A stretch of 62,635 nucleotides of DNA, filler included, from Basidiobolus meristosporus CBS 931.73 (taxonomy: Eukaryota > Fungi > Basidiobolomycota), in the NCBI GenBank assembly GCA_002104905.1. It is 4 parts of 4 records of this genome, joined end to end, with 100 filler letters (N's around TTAATTAATTAA, not from the genome) between each part and the next. Parts side by side here need not be neighbours in the genome. Positions count along the whole stretch, not along the records: positions 1 to 14,990 come from MCFE01001161.1; 3 more parts are not named here. One strand, given 5' to 3'. The notes beneath the pieces were generated by a model. The model saw only the letters and a list, made by a program, of their open reading frames with translations, did not search any database and was not told the origin of the DNA. The position numbers were made by a program, and so were the translations under genes. How positions within the stretch are numbered: position 1 is the stretch's first letter; each line of letters opens with the position of its first letter. This document shows, in pieces, positions 1 to 11,334 of the stretch.

Positions 1-492
1 ATTTATTGAATGTAAAAGTAGTACTTATACTTTTACCTGTTCTTGACATTACTAACACGTAGAATAGGTTAAGGAAGGTCCCAAGAACATGTGTGCAAAG
101 TTTGGGCTATTTGGACAACTTTTAGAATTTTCATGTTCTGGGTACCTGGTATTTTGGTGAAAATATTCCAAGTAAATCCCAACAAGAAATTTGGTCAGTA
201 TTCTCTAGGATTTGAAGGTGATGATCTAAGTGACTAAGTTAGGTGAAGATTTAGGTGGAAATCCAAATTCTTACAACATTCCCACTCAGCTAAATGTTCA
301 TACTGACTAGTCCTAATTTTGACCTAAGATATTCAAACTTGTCTCTAGCTAATGGTTTGGTAAATATGTCTGCAATCATTTCATCTGTAGGACAGTAAAG
401 TAAGCTAACTAAGTTATTCTCTATAGCTTCATGTACGAAATGATGTATAATCTCTATGTGCTTGGTTCTAGCATGAAAAGTTGGATTTCTAC

Positions 493-2010
493 CTAATTGT
501 ATACATCCTGATTATCTTGAAATATAGTAATAGGCGTTTTTTGACATAGGCCTATATCTGTAAAAAGTTTTCTTAACCACATTGCCTCTTTTGTAGCTTC
601 ACAGGCTGCCCTACACTCTGCCTCTGTGGTGGAAAGTGCTACAGTTGGTTGCTTTCTTGAGTTCCATGAAATTGCTCCTTTACAATAAAGAAAGGTGTAT
701 CCTGTGGTGGATCTTCTGTCTTCTAAGTTTTGTCCCCAATCAGCATCAGAGTATCCCACAAGATCCTGTTCTGAATCCTTATAAGTGTATCTTAAGCAGA
801 TATCAGCAGTTCCTTTTAGGTATCTAAAAATCTGCTTAACTGCTGCAATATGATCAGATCCATAGTTCTGATTATGTTGGCTGACAACTCCCACTGAATA
901 TGAGATATCTGGATGTGTTCCAAGCATGATATACATCAGACTGCCAATCATAGATTGATAAGGAAAGTCAGGGCTTTCAGATGGCACCAAGCTCTCTTGA
1001 TTTGGTTGAGTTTTGACCAAGTTAAGGTTTGTCTCCTTTGGGGTAGCTGCCGGTTTATAGTCTTCCATTTGGTACTTTGTTAGTATATCTTGAATATACT
1101 TGGATTGGCTTAGGGTGATAGTCTGGGTACTTCTGTCTATGGAGAACTTAATCCCTAAGTAGTAATTAAGTTCTCCTAGATTGGACATCTTGAACTCCTT
1201 AGATAGGCTGGATTTAGTCTCTTCCAATGTTTCTAGGTTATTAGCAGCTATAATAAGATCATCCACATATAGAGCTAATAGAACTGGGTTTGCTCTATCT
1301 GGCTTATAGTAGATACTATAGTCAGCATTACTCCTTATGAAACTCAAAGATTCCAAATAAGAATCTATCTTGCAATTCCAGGCTCTTGGTGATTGTTTGA
1401 GACCATATAGTGACTTTTTAAGCTTGCAGACCAAATGGGGGTTATCTTGGTCAACAAACCCATCAGGCTGGTCCATATACATGTCCTCATCAAGTTCTCC
1501 ATTCCAAAATGCAGTTTTTACATCCATTTGATGAATAAAAAACTTATATTTGGCTGCAATAGCCAATATTGATCTGATGGAATTAAACTTGGCTACCGGT
1601 GCAAAGGTCTCAGTATAGTCAAGTCCTTTTGTTTGAGAGTATCCTTTGGCTACAAGTCTTGCTTTGTATTTTTCAATTGTGCCATCAGCCTTGTATTTTG
1701 TCTTGAAGACCCATCTGCATCCAATTAATTTTTGGTTGATTGGTAATTTGACTAAGTCCCAAGTTTGATTTTCCATCAGGGCCTGATATTCCTCAGTCAT
1801 TGCAGATCTCCAAAACTTTGTCTGAGGGCTATTTAGGGCCTCTTTTACAGTCTGGGGCTCATCAATATGGACCAAATAGGCATTGGCTAAGTTTGTACCC
1901 TCATTGATATAGTAATTTGGGCTATTTCTTGTCCAATTGGATCTCTGGGCATTTGATACTGGAATGATCACTTCTGGGATATTCCTGGGCACTGATTCTG
2001 GCTGAACCAC
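493..2010 (-). pseudogene. copia pol fragment: reverse transcriptase and start of RNase H
   Basis: ORF track 505 aa with RVT_2 motifs KYKARLVAKGYSQ, HQMDVKTAF, LYVDDL, GYSDADW; frameshifted at both ends. Confidence 0.93.
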
Positions 2011-2237
2011 AGTTGTAGAGTCCTATGGAGTGAAAAAATTCTCATTGTTTTGCTCTGATTCAATCCTGACAATTGGTGGACTTGAGATCAAATTTTTGTC
2101 ATCATCTGATGTCATTGATTGCCAAAATTTCAAATTTTCATCAAGCAAAACATCCCTGGACTTGGTAAGCTTCTTTGCTTTGGTATTGTAAAGTCTGTAT
2201 GCCTTACTTTCATTGCAGTAGCCCAAAAATATGCATT

Positions 2238-3431
2238 TTACATGTTTTGGCTCAAATTTTGACTGATTTCTGGCCAGTTTTTTTTGGCATATGCTGTACA
2301 CCCAAATATTCTTAGATGTTCTGCACTTGGTCTGTATCCATACCATGCTTCAAATGGAGTAGAATCACAAAGTATTCTTTTATAACTCCTATTTTTAAAG
2401 TATACAGCAGTGGCAACTGATTCCACCCAGAAATCATAGGATAATTTTTGACCATGGATCATAGATCTTGCCATATCAATTATTGATCTGTTAGCTTGTT
2501 CTGCTACTCCATTTTGCTGTAGGGAGTATGGTACAGTAGTCTCTTGCTTTATCCCATGAATTTTGCAGAAGTGGATGAAGAGTTTTGAGGTATATTCTCC
2601 ACCATTGTCAGAGCATATTTTCTTGATTTTTTCACCAGTTTCTCTCTCCACCATGGCTTTAAACTCCCTGAGCTTAGACAGAGCTTCTTCCTTTCTCTCC
2701 ATGAAGTAGACCCATGTGTATCTTGTATAATCATCAATAAAAGTGTTTAAATATTTCATCCTGTCTATGGATAAATTTTGCATAGGTCCACTCAGATCTG
2801 AGTAAATTAGATCTAATTTTTTCTTAGTTTTGATTAACCCAGAGCTCTTGAACAGTTGTCTGGCTTGTTTCCCATATATGCAGGCTTCACAGTGCTCCAA
2901 ATTAGCTGGGGGATCAATTTTTACTCCAGAAATTAGCTGATCTTTGATCATTGTGCACAAATAATCAAAATTGATGTGCCCAAATCTCCTGTGCCAAAGC
3001 ATTGGTGTTTCTTCATTTAAGTTACTTATATTGGCTTCCAAGTATGATGGAACATAAGTCAACTTGTATAGATTCTGATCTCTGATGCCCAAAGCAATAT
3101 GGGCACCATTTTGATCAGTGATCCTGCATCCAGAATTGTCAAAACTGAAACTGAGTCCTTCTGCTGTGGCCTTGCTTACAGAGAGTAGGTTCTTGGCTAT
3201 TTCTGGTACATAGAGTACTTCTTTAAAGGTCAGTGTATGGCTTCCTTCACTGCTTCTAAGGTCTACTTGGATAGTTCCTTCTCCCACTGCATCAAGTGTT
3301 CTATTGTCACCCATGAAAACCTTCTTAATTGGAATTTCTTGATATTTGGTAAAAAGCTCTTTTTGGTGTGTAAAGTGTTGAGATGCTCCAGAGTCAATAT
3401 ACCACATCTGAGAATCCTTGTTTGTGGTCAC
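2238..3431 (-). pseudogene. copia pol fragment: aspartic protease, GAG-pre-integrase, integrase core
   Basis: WYIDSGAS, LWHRRFGH, CEACIYGKQ, FIDDYTRYTW, SDNGGEY, QQNGVAE. Confidence 0.93.
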
Positions 3432-4014
3432 ATTTGGTGTAGTTATGAATAGGCTATCTTCAGTTGTTACAGCATTTCCGCATTTAGGCTTCTTTTGCTG
3501 TTTATTGCACTTTTTGAGACACTGGTCTGATGTGTGGCCTTTCCTTTTGCAGAAGTGGCAAAATAGGTTGCTATTGCCTTTGTAGGGTGTTGGATACCTC
3601 CTTTGTTGGTTATCATTGGTTATTGAGGCATTTTCTTCTTCCTTCTTATTGGTGCTTGATTTTCTTAGTTCTTCATCCAGGAGCCTTCCACAGATGTAAT
3701 TAAGGATAAATCTTCAGTTCTGGACTCTAGGACTGATACTATGCCCTGAAACTCATCTGTCAGGCTATTCTGGATGATAACTACCAGATCCTTGTCAGTA
3801 GTTGGTGTGCCCACAGATTCCATCTCATCCACCAACAGGATATTCTGTTAATTAAATTTCTTGTTTCTTCTCATGGCTGCATCTTTATAGTAAAGAATTT
3901 TCATCTCAGATACATCTTCTTAGCAGCTAAACATGACTGGTAAGTGTCCAACTTTTCAGCAGAGGGAAAAAACCAGTAATAGCAGTGGTAGACACTGCAG
4001 AGAGTGACAGCTTG

Positions 4015-4026
4015 GGGCTCATAGCC
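4015..4026 (-). promoter_or_regulatory. primer-binding site of Ty5/Drosophila-copia (half-tRNAiMet) type
   Basis: GGCTATGAGCCC directly abuts the 5' LTR; intact version GGTTATGAGCCC at 38994-39005 is the reverse complement of the tRNAiMet anticodon arm GGGCTCATAACC. Confidence 0.85.
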
Positions 4027-4858
4027 TGCTGTAAGATTCTAGGAGATATTGGAGGTGATTGGGAGAACAAATAGATTATGTGGTGTTCACTGAATGATTT
4101 ATTGAATGTAAAGGAAGTAATTATACTTTTACATGGTCTTAGCATAGCAAACACACAGAATAGGTATAGGATAGTCTCAAGAACATGTGTGCGGATTTTG
4201 GGGCTGTTTGAGCAACCTATCAAATTTTCAGGTTCTGGGTACCTGATATTTTGGTGAAAATATTCCAAGTAAATCCCAATAAAGAATTTTGTCAGTATTT
4301 GCTAGGATTTGTAAGTAATGATCTAGGTGACTAAGTTAGGTGAATATTTAGGTGGAATTACACACTTTGACAACAAAAGTAAGAGCACCAGTGGAGTTGG
4401 TAGGTTTGGAGTGCAAAAAAGAGACAATATCCAGTCAATAAACAACAGTGTAGAAACAGGCTGAGTGCCGGCTGGCTCTATACAAATTTAGCAAAAAGTA
4501 GAAACACCTGACTTCAGGTTACAAGGCCAACAAGTAAGTCATATACCAATCAGTCCTCTATATTGCCTCAAAGCACCTGCTCAAGTCTCAAGAATGTAGT
4601 ACTTATCAGCACTTAGTAAGCAGTATACAATAGAGTAAACTAACATTAATATCATTTGTTACCAACCCTGATGATGTACACACAAAAATAAATATGGAAT
4701 TCTGAGCGTCTAGAAAATAGCCGAAATCCTGAATCGAACCTGATTGAAATCAATGGTTGATTTCATGCATTGATCAAGCCCCATAAGAGAATACGTAGCT
4801 CAACATATCAGCAGTCTAAGAGGTTGCTTTACGTGTGGTGACCCACTTATTCATACAT

Positions 4859-7800
4859 ATGACCGTTGAGGCCAAAATCCAAGACGAGAATGTTGAGAAT
4901 TCGACCGAGATGGAAGTGATACAGCTTCCGGCAAACATCGAGGAGAGAATGCACGATATTCTGAACATCACCGACCCTTTGGACACGCCTACTTTCGAAC
5001 CAGTGGAGTGCATCAATCAGATATTTCCCAACGGTTGGTGCTTTCGTGTTTTATACTGTTGAGTGGACTTCCTAGAGAAGTTGACCTGGACCGAGGAGCT
5101 TCAATGGGCTGAGGTTGGCCGGAAAATTAACACTCTTGTTCGTTTTTAGAACACTCTTTACGTTCCATCGATGACGTGCTGAACAAACTGGGCTTTCGAA
5201 TCCGAAAAATCGATCATCAGCTCAAAGTCCTGCTCCGCTCACAGACGGAAGCGGATGACGAGACAGCTCGTGAGCTGGAAGCCACGAAAAAGACCATGGA
5301 GGTTTGGACCCAAACGACCCTAAACTGACCCCCACCCCCTAGGAATGGTGATTGAAGTTGTTTTCTAGGAGTTGTTCAATAAGATTACCCTAATCAAGCA
5401 AAAAGCAAAGGATTCGGAGAATATTGTACAGGATATCACGAAAGATATCAAATCGTTGGACTACGCCAAACGAAACCTCACCACCACCATCACCGCTCTC
5501 AGAAGACTTCAGATGCTAGGTTGGGTTACGCTTTCTTGGCCTCCCTCGGTCGAACAGATGACTTACCGCCTTGTTTTAGTGACCGCGGTTGACCAGCTGA
5601 AATTATTCGCTCATGAGCGTCAATACAAAGAGGCAGGCCAAATCCTACAGGTAGACCCTCAGTAGTAGCACCCCACTCTGCGCACAATCTGAACAACAAC
5701 GCTAGGCGGTCCTACAGCTACAGTCGCATTTCGAAAGCTATCAGAACGTCAAACAAGTGCACGACATCACCACCTCCATAGACAATATTCGGCTCAACCT
5801 TAAAGAGCAGGTGACTGAGGATTTCCATGCTGGGTAGGGGGGCGTTGAGCACGTTTTGCCAAGGGGCTTTATTTACCCATTCGCTGTCTAGATTCAACTC
5901 GCAGGGTGTTCTGAAGAGGCCTCAGCAAGAGCTTAATGACATGTGCACTCTGATTGAGGTGATCGGGGAGGATTTCCAGTAAGCACGATGGGCCTGTCAG
6001 GCATGGGCGTTGGTTTAATCTGGTTCTTTAGAAACAAGACGGTCGAATGGTTCTGTGAGCTGCACCTCAGGGAATACAGGAAGCTGTTCACCGGCGATGA
6101 TGAGGTAAGTCTTAGATGGCCGCGCTCTCGATGCGTGCTAACGTCTCTGCGGATTAGGTAGCCGCGCTCGATAACACTTCGCGCCGGTTTGCTTGGTTAA
6201 GACGGCTCTTGAAGGTGTATGATGAGGAGTACATCGGCGTTTTCCCAGCCAAGTGGAAGGTGAACGAGACTTTGTGTGAAACGTTCTGTCTGATCACCAG
6301 GTACCTCGGGATGCTGTGGATGATTGCTGCCAGGTAGACTGACCATCGTTCCAACTCAGGTCGGACTTGAACGACGTCCTGGCCAAGTCAAGTGACCTCG
6401 ACGTAAGCCTGTTGATTAAGGTGCTTCAACTCACCGTTGCCTTTGAAAACCAGCTGGCCCGACGCTTCACTTCATCGGTAACCCTCCTCTCGTGCATGCG
6501 GCTGCAGGGCGTGATCGTTAACCACTCATTCGCCTTTAGAACGTAGCGGAGACCAATTCCAGGGCGAGAGAAGCGAACTCGAAGTTCACCAGAATTGTGT
6601 CGATTTGCTTTGAACCTTACTTGAGCCGCTATGTGGAGGCCCAAGAGAAGTAGGTGGCCACGGGCACACTCACTGATTATTCATCGACTCATATTGCATG
6701 TAGATCGCTGAGCGAGATGTTTGGTAATTTCCGGAACAAGGAATCCGAGGCGGACACCGACCCCAGCATCACCGTCTTCTCGTCAAGCACCGACCTATTG
6801 TACTTTTACCGGGAAACGCTGAGCCAATGTGCCAAGCTCTCCAATCGAAAGCCGATGTTCGACTTGTCCAAGGTGTTTGCCAAATGGCTGGATATCTACG
6901 GGAGAGAGATACTGCTGGACAAACTTCCCAAGTAATCAGAGCTCACTGAGACCCGGGGGATTTCGGATGGCTGATGGATGTTGTTTCTTTTTAGGGATGA
7001 GAAGAAGATCCTTGCCAAGGAAGAGCTGAAGCTCATCGCGCTGGTCCTGAACACTGCCGACTATTGTCTAACTTCGGTCGCCCAGCTGGAAGAGAAGCTC
7101 ACCGAAAAGATCGACGAGAATTTCAAGCAACATGTCAGCCTCGAGGCGCAGCGAGAGGCATTCCTAGGTGTCATCAATTCGTGTGTCCGTGTCCTTGTCC
7201 AGGGAATCGACACGTTGTGCGAATCGAAGCTTAACGCAATGACCAAGGTTACCTGGGGAGCAGGGGACACAGCCAAGAATCAGCTCGAATATGTCACCGG
7301 ACTGGGAACGATTCTGGAAGAGAATGTGTCGGTGATAAGACAGTCCATCACCAATGAGAGATACTTCCGAACCTTCTGTGACAAATTTGTAGGGTTAGTG
7401 GCCAGGCAACAGCGGCGGTCCGGGGACCACAGCACTAATTTCTTTCTTCAGAACGTTCATCAATCGATACATGACCAACATCTTCAAATGCAAGCGCATC
7501 ACGGAATCCGTGGCCGAACGAGTAACTGTGTTTCGAGTACAGCTTGACCTGCGCCTATGACTGACCCTCATTCAAACTAGATGCTGTCAGATATCCAAGT
7601 GGTCAAAGCGATCCTTCTAAGGCTACCATTTTCAGGGATGTCCGAGTCTGGCACTCCCCCATCAACGTATGTATTGCTTGGTCACCTGGATCGAGGCCCC
7701 AATACTAACGCTCCATTACCACCCAAGCTACGTCAAGTTTGTCAACAAAGGAGCCAGCAGACTTGAAGGGCTTCTCAAAGTCATCCTCGCACCAATGAAC

Positions 7801-8196
7801 CCTCAAGAAAATCCGGATTCTTTCATTGAGAAGTACATTCTGCTCTGCCCGGACGCCACGTTCATCAACTACCAGAAGGTCCTTGAGCTGAAGGTAAGCC
7901 CCAAACCCAACCTCCACAACCCCAACTCTCCCCTAACCTCGCCACCTCCTTCGGCTTAGGGGTTGAAAAAGACGGACATGCAACCATTTTTAGATGCGTA
8001 CCACAAGAAGATCCCCAACCCACCCTCCGAGAACTCTCCCTACCTGAACCCTCTGTCGCTGGGACTCAACCTGTCGGATGCTACTCACGCCACCACCCAA
8101 TATGTCAGCACCACATCCTCGCTGGCATCAGCCAAGATCCGGAAACTAATGGCGGGCATGGCGATGAAGAAAGAGCCGTCCAATCAAGGCTTTTGA
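4859..8196 (+). CDS. VPS53: GARP complex subunit Vps53, multi-exon (about 15 short GT-AG introns)
   Basis: Exon translations DPLDTPTFEPVECINQIFPN, DIKSLDYAKRNLTTTITALRRLQML, LFYFYRETLSQCAKLS, LNTADYC, YFRTFCDKFV; ATG 4859, TGA 8194-8196. Confidence 0.92.
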
Positions 8197-8409
8197 GCGC
8201 TCGTCTCCATACCATTGTATATATCATATGAAGCCATGGAAGACCCCGAAGCTATCTTGGAACTTAATTTATTTAATCACTTAATTACCTTGACAAAATG
8301 GTATGATACAAACAACAATAAAACCCCCTTTTCTCAGGAGCTTGCTCTGACATCTGCCGGGTCGGTCTTTCTCTAAATGACCTAAAAAGAACCGTGTGGG
8401 TGAGGTGTA

Positions 8410-10242
8410 TTAACAATTCAGCTGCGGCTTCTTCGCGTGACAGAAGGCGTCGAGTGTATCCCAGAGCTGAAAGATGATGGCTTTGTCAGTGTGGCGTTTG
8501 GCACGGTGAATCTGCGAATCGGTTGTTAGTAGGAGAAGAGGTGCCCGACGACGGCAAGTTAACGAACCCTCAACACATGGACATTCCATCCTCTGACGTG
8601 ATCCTTTGGATCGTTGTCGGCAAAGTCAACGTAGAAACCTTGGGCTGTGGTTGGAAAGGTTAACTAAGGGGCTGGGAACTGGGTGGTAATCAATGCTGCT
8701 CGCTAAGTACCTTGACTGAAGATATCCATAGGCGACTGCCAAACCCAGTTTTTGAATTGCCATGTCGCCCCCGTAGTAAAGACGCAAACCACTCTGTCCC
8801 TTTTGAAGTAGGTTTGGTGGGTGAGTTCTTGACTTTGTATGGGCAGAACAGACTCTTACCAGTCCTCGCTCTTGAAGTGATCCACCGAGTCGAACACTTG
8901 ATAGACCACTGGGTGCACTTGGCCGGGCTTCTTTCGCTTGATTTCCACCATGTGTGGCTTTTTCATCCCAGAGTCTCGAATACTTTGAGTATCAACATAC
9001 CTGGGAACCCCTTGTGAGTTCGGTGGTCGATAGATGGAGGCTACGTGTTGGCACTTACTTATGCTCCTCTAAGAACGGCTTGATGTTGTACAGTGTTATC
9101 AGCGAAGTGGCAGCAGCCGGGACAATGATGATTGGAGTACGGGCATCTGCGGCAACAATGTAGATAAGTACCAAGCGATGAACGATGTGGATTTGACGGG
9201 GTTCCACCTTTCGACATGTGTCGTGACGACTTTGCTCCATGGGATGAGCTAGGATGGCGAGTGCTGGGATGACCGGATGCTATGAAAGAAGCTAAGTATA
9301 TATATACGTATATGCAGATGGCCCCGCTTCATAGAAAGACGAAGGTACCTGGGTGGCTTGGTCGATCGCGTCCATTTGACCCATTCTTGGGGTCTTTGGA
9401 GCCTTCCGGCTTCTTCTTCATCTCCACCAGCTCCTTCTCGATATCCTTGATCATGGTAGCCGCTTTCTTCTGAATGAATGAAAACGACTAGCTCCCGCCG
9501 GAAGATTAGCACTCCGCGTGAACAGGAATTCCAAGGAAATCAACCTACCCTAGTCCCTTTCAAAATGGTTTCCTTGGTGCTCAGTTCGCGTTCACGTTCC
9601 TTGAGTTTTCTGGAGAACTCCGAATCGTTCTGTGGTAACGGAGAGGGAAGCAAGATTTAGACCGGACACGAAAGTCAGTCAGTGCATTTCGGGTACGAAC
9701 CGATGGATCCAAGGCTGTGGTGGAGGTCTTGGCCTTTTTGGCAGCTTCTTCTGTCTCCTTCTTACTCTCCTCGGCTGGACGCTTCGCTTTTTGGAGGGAG
9801 GGTAGGTGGAGAGGTGGGAACAAGGGAAATCCAAGGGTTAAGCTTTCGAGAGGACCGAAGTGAGGGAGATAAAAGGTTTACCAGTTTCAGTGACCACGTT
9901 GGGGCTGATCTCGATGGCTCCGGTCAAATAATCCAACAGATCTTTGCGATCAATGAACGAAACAGTGGGAATGCCAGCGCTTAAACTTTCCTTTAACAGT
10001 GAGCCATAGTCGAGGGTGAGGTTCTGAACCAGAAATACTAGGGTGTCGAGTGTGTAGAACTCCTCCGAACCACTCTTTTTGTACTTCGTGATGGTGGTTT
10101 TGGGAAACTTGAGGTCAGAAAAAGTAATCTCCGTGGCTTGTTTCAGATCGGTGGCGACCTGGCCAGCTTCATCGAGGAATTGGACTGGCTTCTTGTTGAT
10201 GGTGTATTCTCGAAGTAAAGCGAGCGGATCTTGACTTGCCAT
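8410..10242 (-). CDS. CDC73: PAF1 complex subunit Cdc73 (parafibromin), multi-exon
   Basis: N-term MASQDPLALLREYTINKKPV; C-terminal domain PIIIVPAAATSLITLYNIKPFLEE, DRVVCVFTTGATWQFKNW, IHRAKRHTDKAIIFQLWDTLD; stop at 8410-8412. Confidence 0.93.
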
Positions 10243-10392
10243 TGTACACGTTAAACTGAACCACCTTCGAAACTATCAGTTAGGGTTTGTCAACCGAATA
10301 CGGAGAATCGTTTGTTCTACGGGGTTTTGATGACCAAATTGGTTGATCTTTGGCTGGGCAAATTGATTGGGGATGTCCGATATATATATAAG

Positions 10393-11150
10393 ATGATGCA
10401 GGTCAGAATTGAGTTCCACGCATCTTTTCGCGCTAGGTATTTATTCTTTTAACCTATGTTACTTCATTCTTACTGTACTGGTTTCCTTGGAGAACCTGGG
10501 TTTGCTTTGCTCAAGTGACGAAAAACGTCGAGTACACATGAGGATTTTCCTACGGGTTTTCTTGGTTTCTTTTTACCTCACCGAGGCGGAACCAGGAGTT
10601 AACCAATGAGGTGTTACTTAGAACAGAGATCCGATGAGCTTTTTCGCGACACAGGCAGCTTTTCTCAAGCCATTATCGCTCATTGGAGCCATAGTAGAAC
10701 ACTTCCGTTGCATGTAGACATGATTTCCACACACTTGACCACGACGCTACCTCAGGTAGTAGATCTTGCATGGAAGTGTTTATGTAGTTTTCAATCTGAA
10801 TTACGGAAGGCGCTGTCTACTTCCGACGAGAATGCTGGTAATGGAAAAGCCAACTGTAGCTCGCGTTGGGCGTGGTTGCTTGTTTTTCAAGCAAGCCTTG
10901 CCTTTCCAGTGATGAATATTTAAAGGCGAAGATGAGTTGCACTTATTAACCTTAAAGTTACCTCTGGTGACTTCTACGGTTTGGTACAACCGTGATAACC
11001 TATATGTTCTGATGGAAACCCTTTTCCTAGAAATCCCCATTCTACGCGTAAACCGTTTTCGCTCACACTAATCACCCTTTCTCTCCCTTAGATCCTCGAC
11101 AGAGCCCCATGGAATCCCTGTGACTCGAGACCTCCCCCCCAAACCCAACT
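10393..11150 (+). CDS. possible small multi-exon gene of unknown function, divergent from CDC73
   Basis: Several plus-strand branch-point/acceptor signals (e.g. GTTAAC...TTAG ending 10621; CTAAT...TTAG ending 11091) and GT donors, but I could not assemble a recognisable protein. Confidence 0.3.
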
Positions 11151-11334
11151 AATAAAGAGTGTAGCATTCAACACGTCCACTTGGCAACTCTACAGAGAAT
11201 TGTTGGTTTTTGATCTTTCTTGTTTATTCAAGTAGTCCCTTCTCAAGAACCAAGATTTGAGTACTCGAAACTATTTTACATATTATAAATACACGACTTG
11301 AGTAGGATAGTGGCCAGCATGTCGGTTGGAACCA

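Larger units (their letters stand above)
1..4375 (-). mobile_element. Ty1/copia LTR retrotransposon, defective (copy A); 3' LTR runs off the window start
   Basis: Order on minus strand: 5' LTR 4375-4027 (TGTTGTCA...TTACAGCA), PBS, deleted gag, protease (WYIDSGASQH), GAG-pre-integrase (LWHRRFGH..CEAC), integrase, RT (KARLVAKGY, MDVKTAF, YVDD), RNase H (YSDADW), PPT-like GCTGAGTGGGAA, 3' LTR starting TGTTGTAA at 278. Confidence 0.95.
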
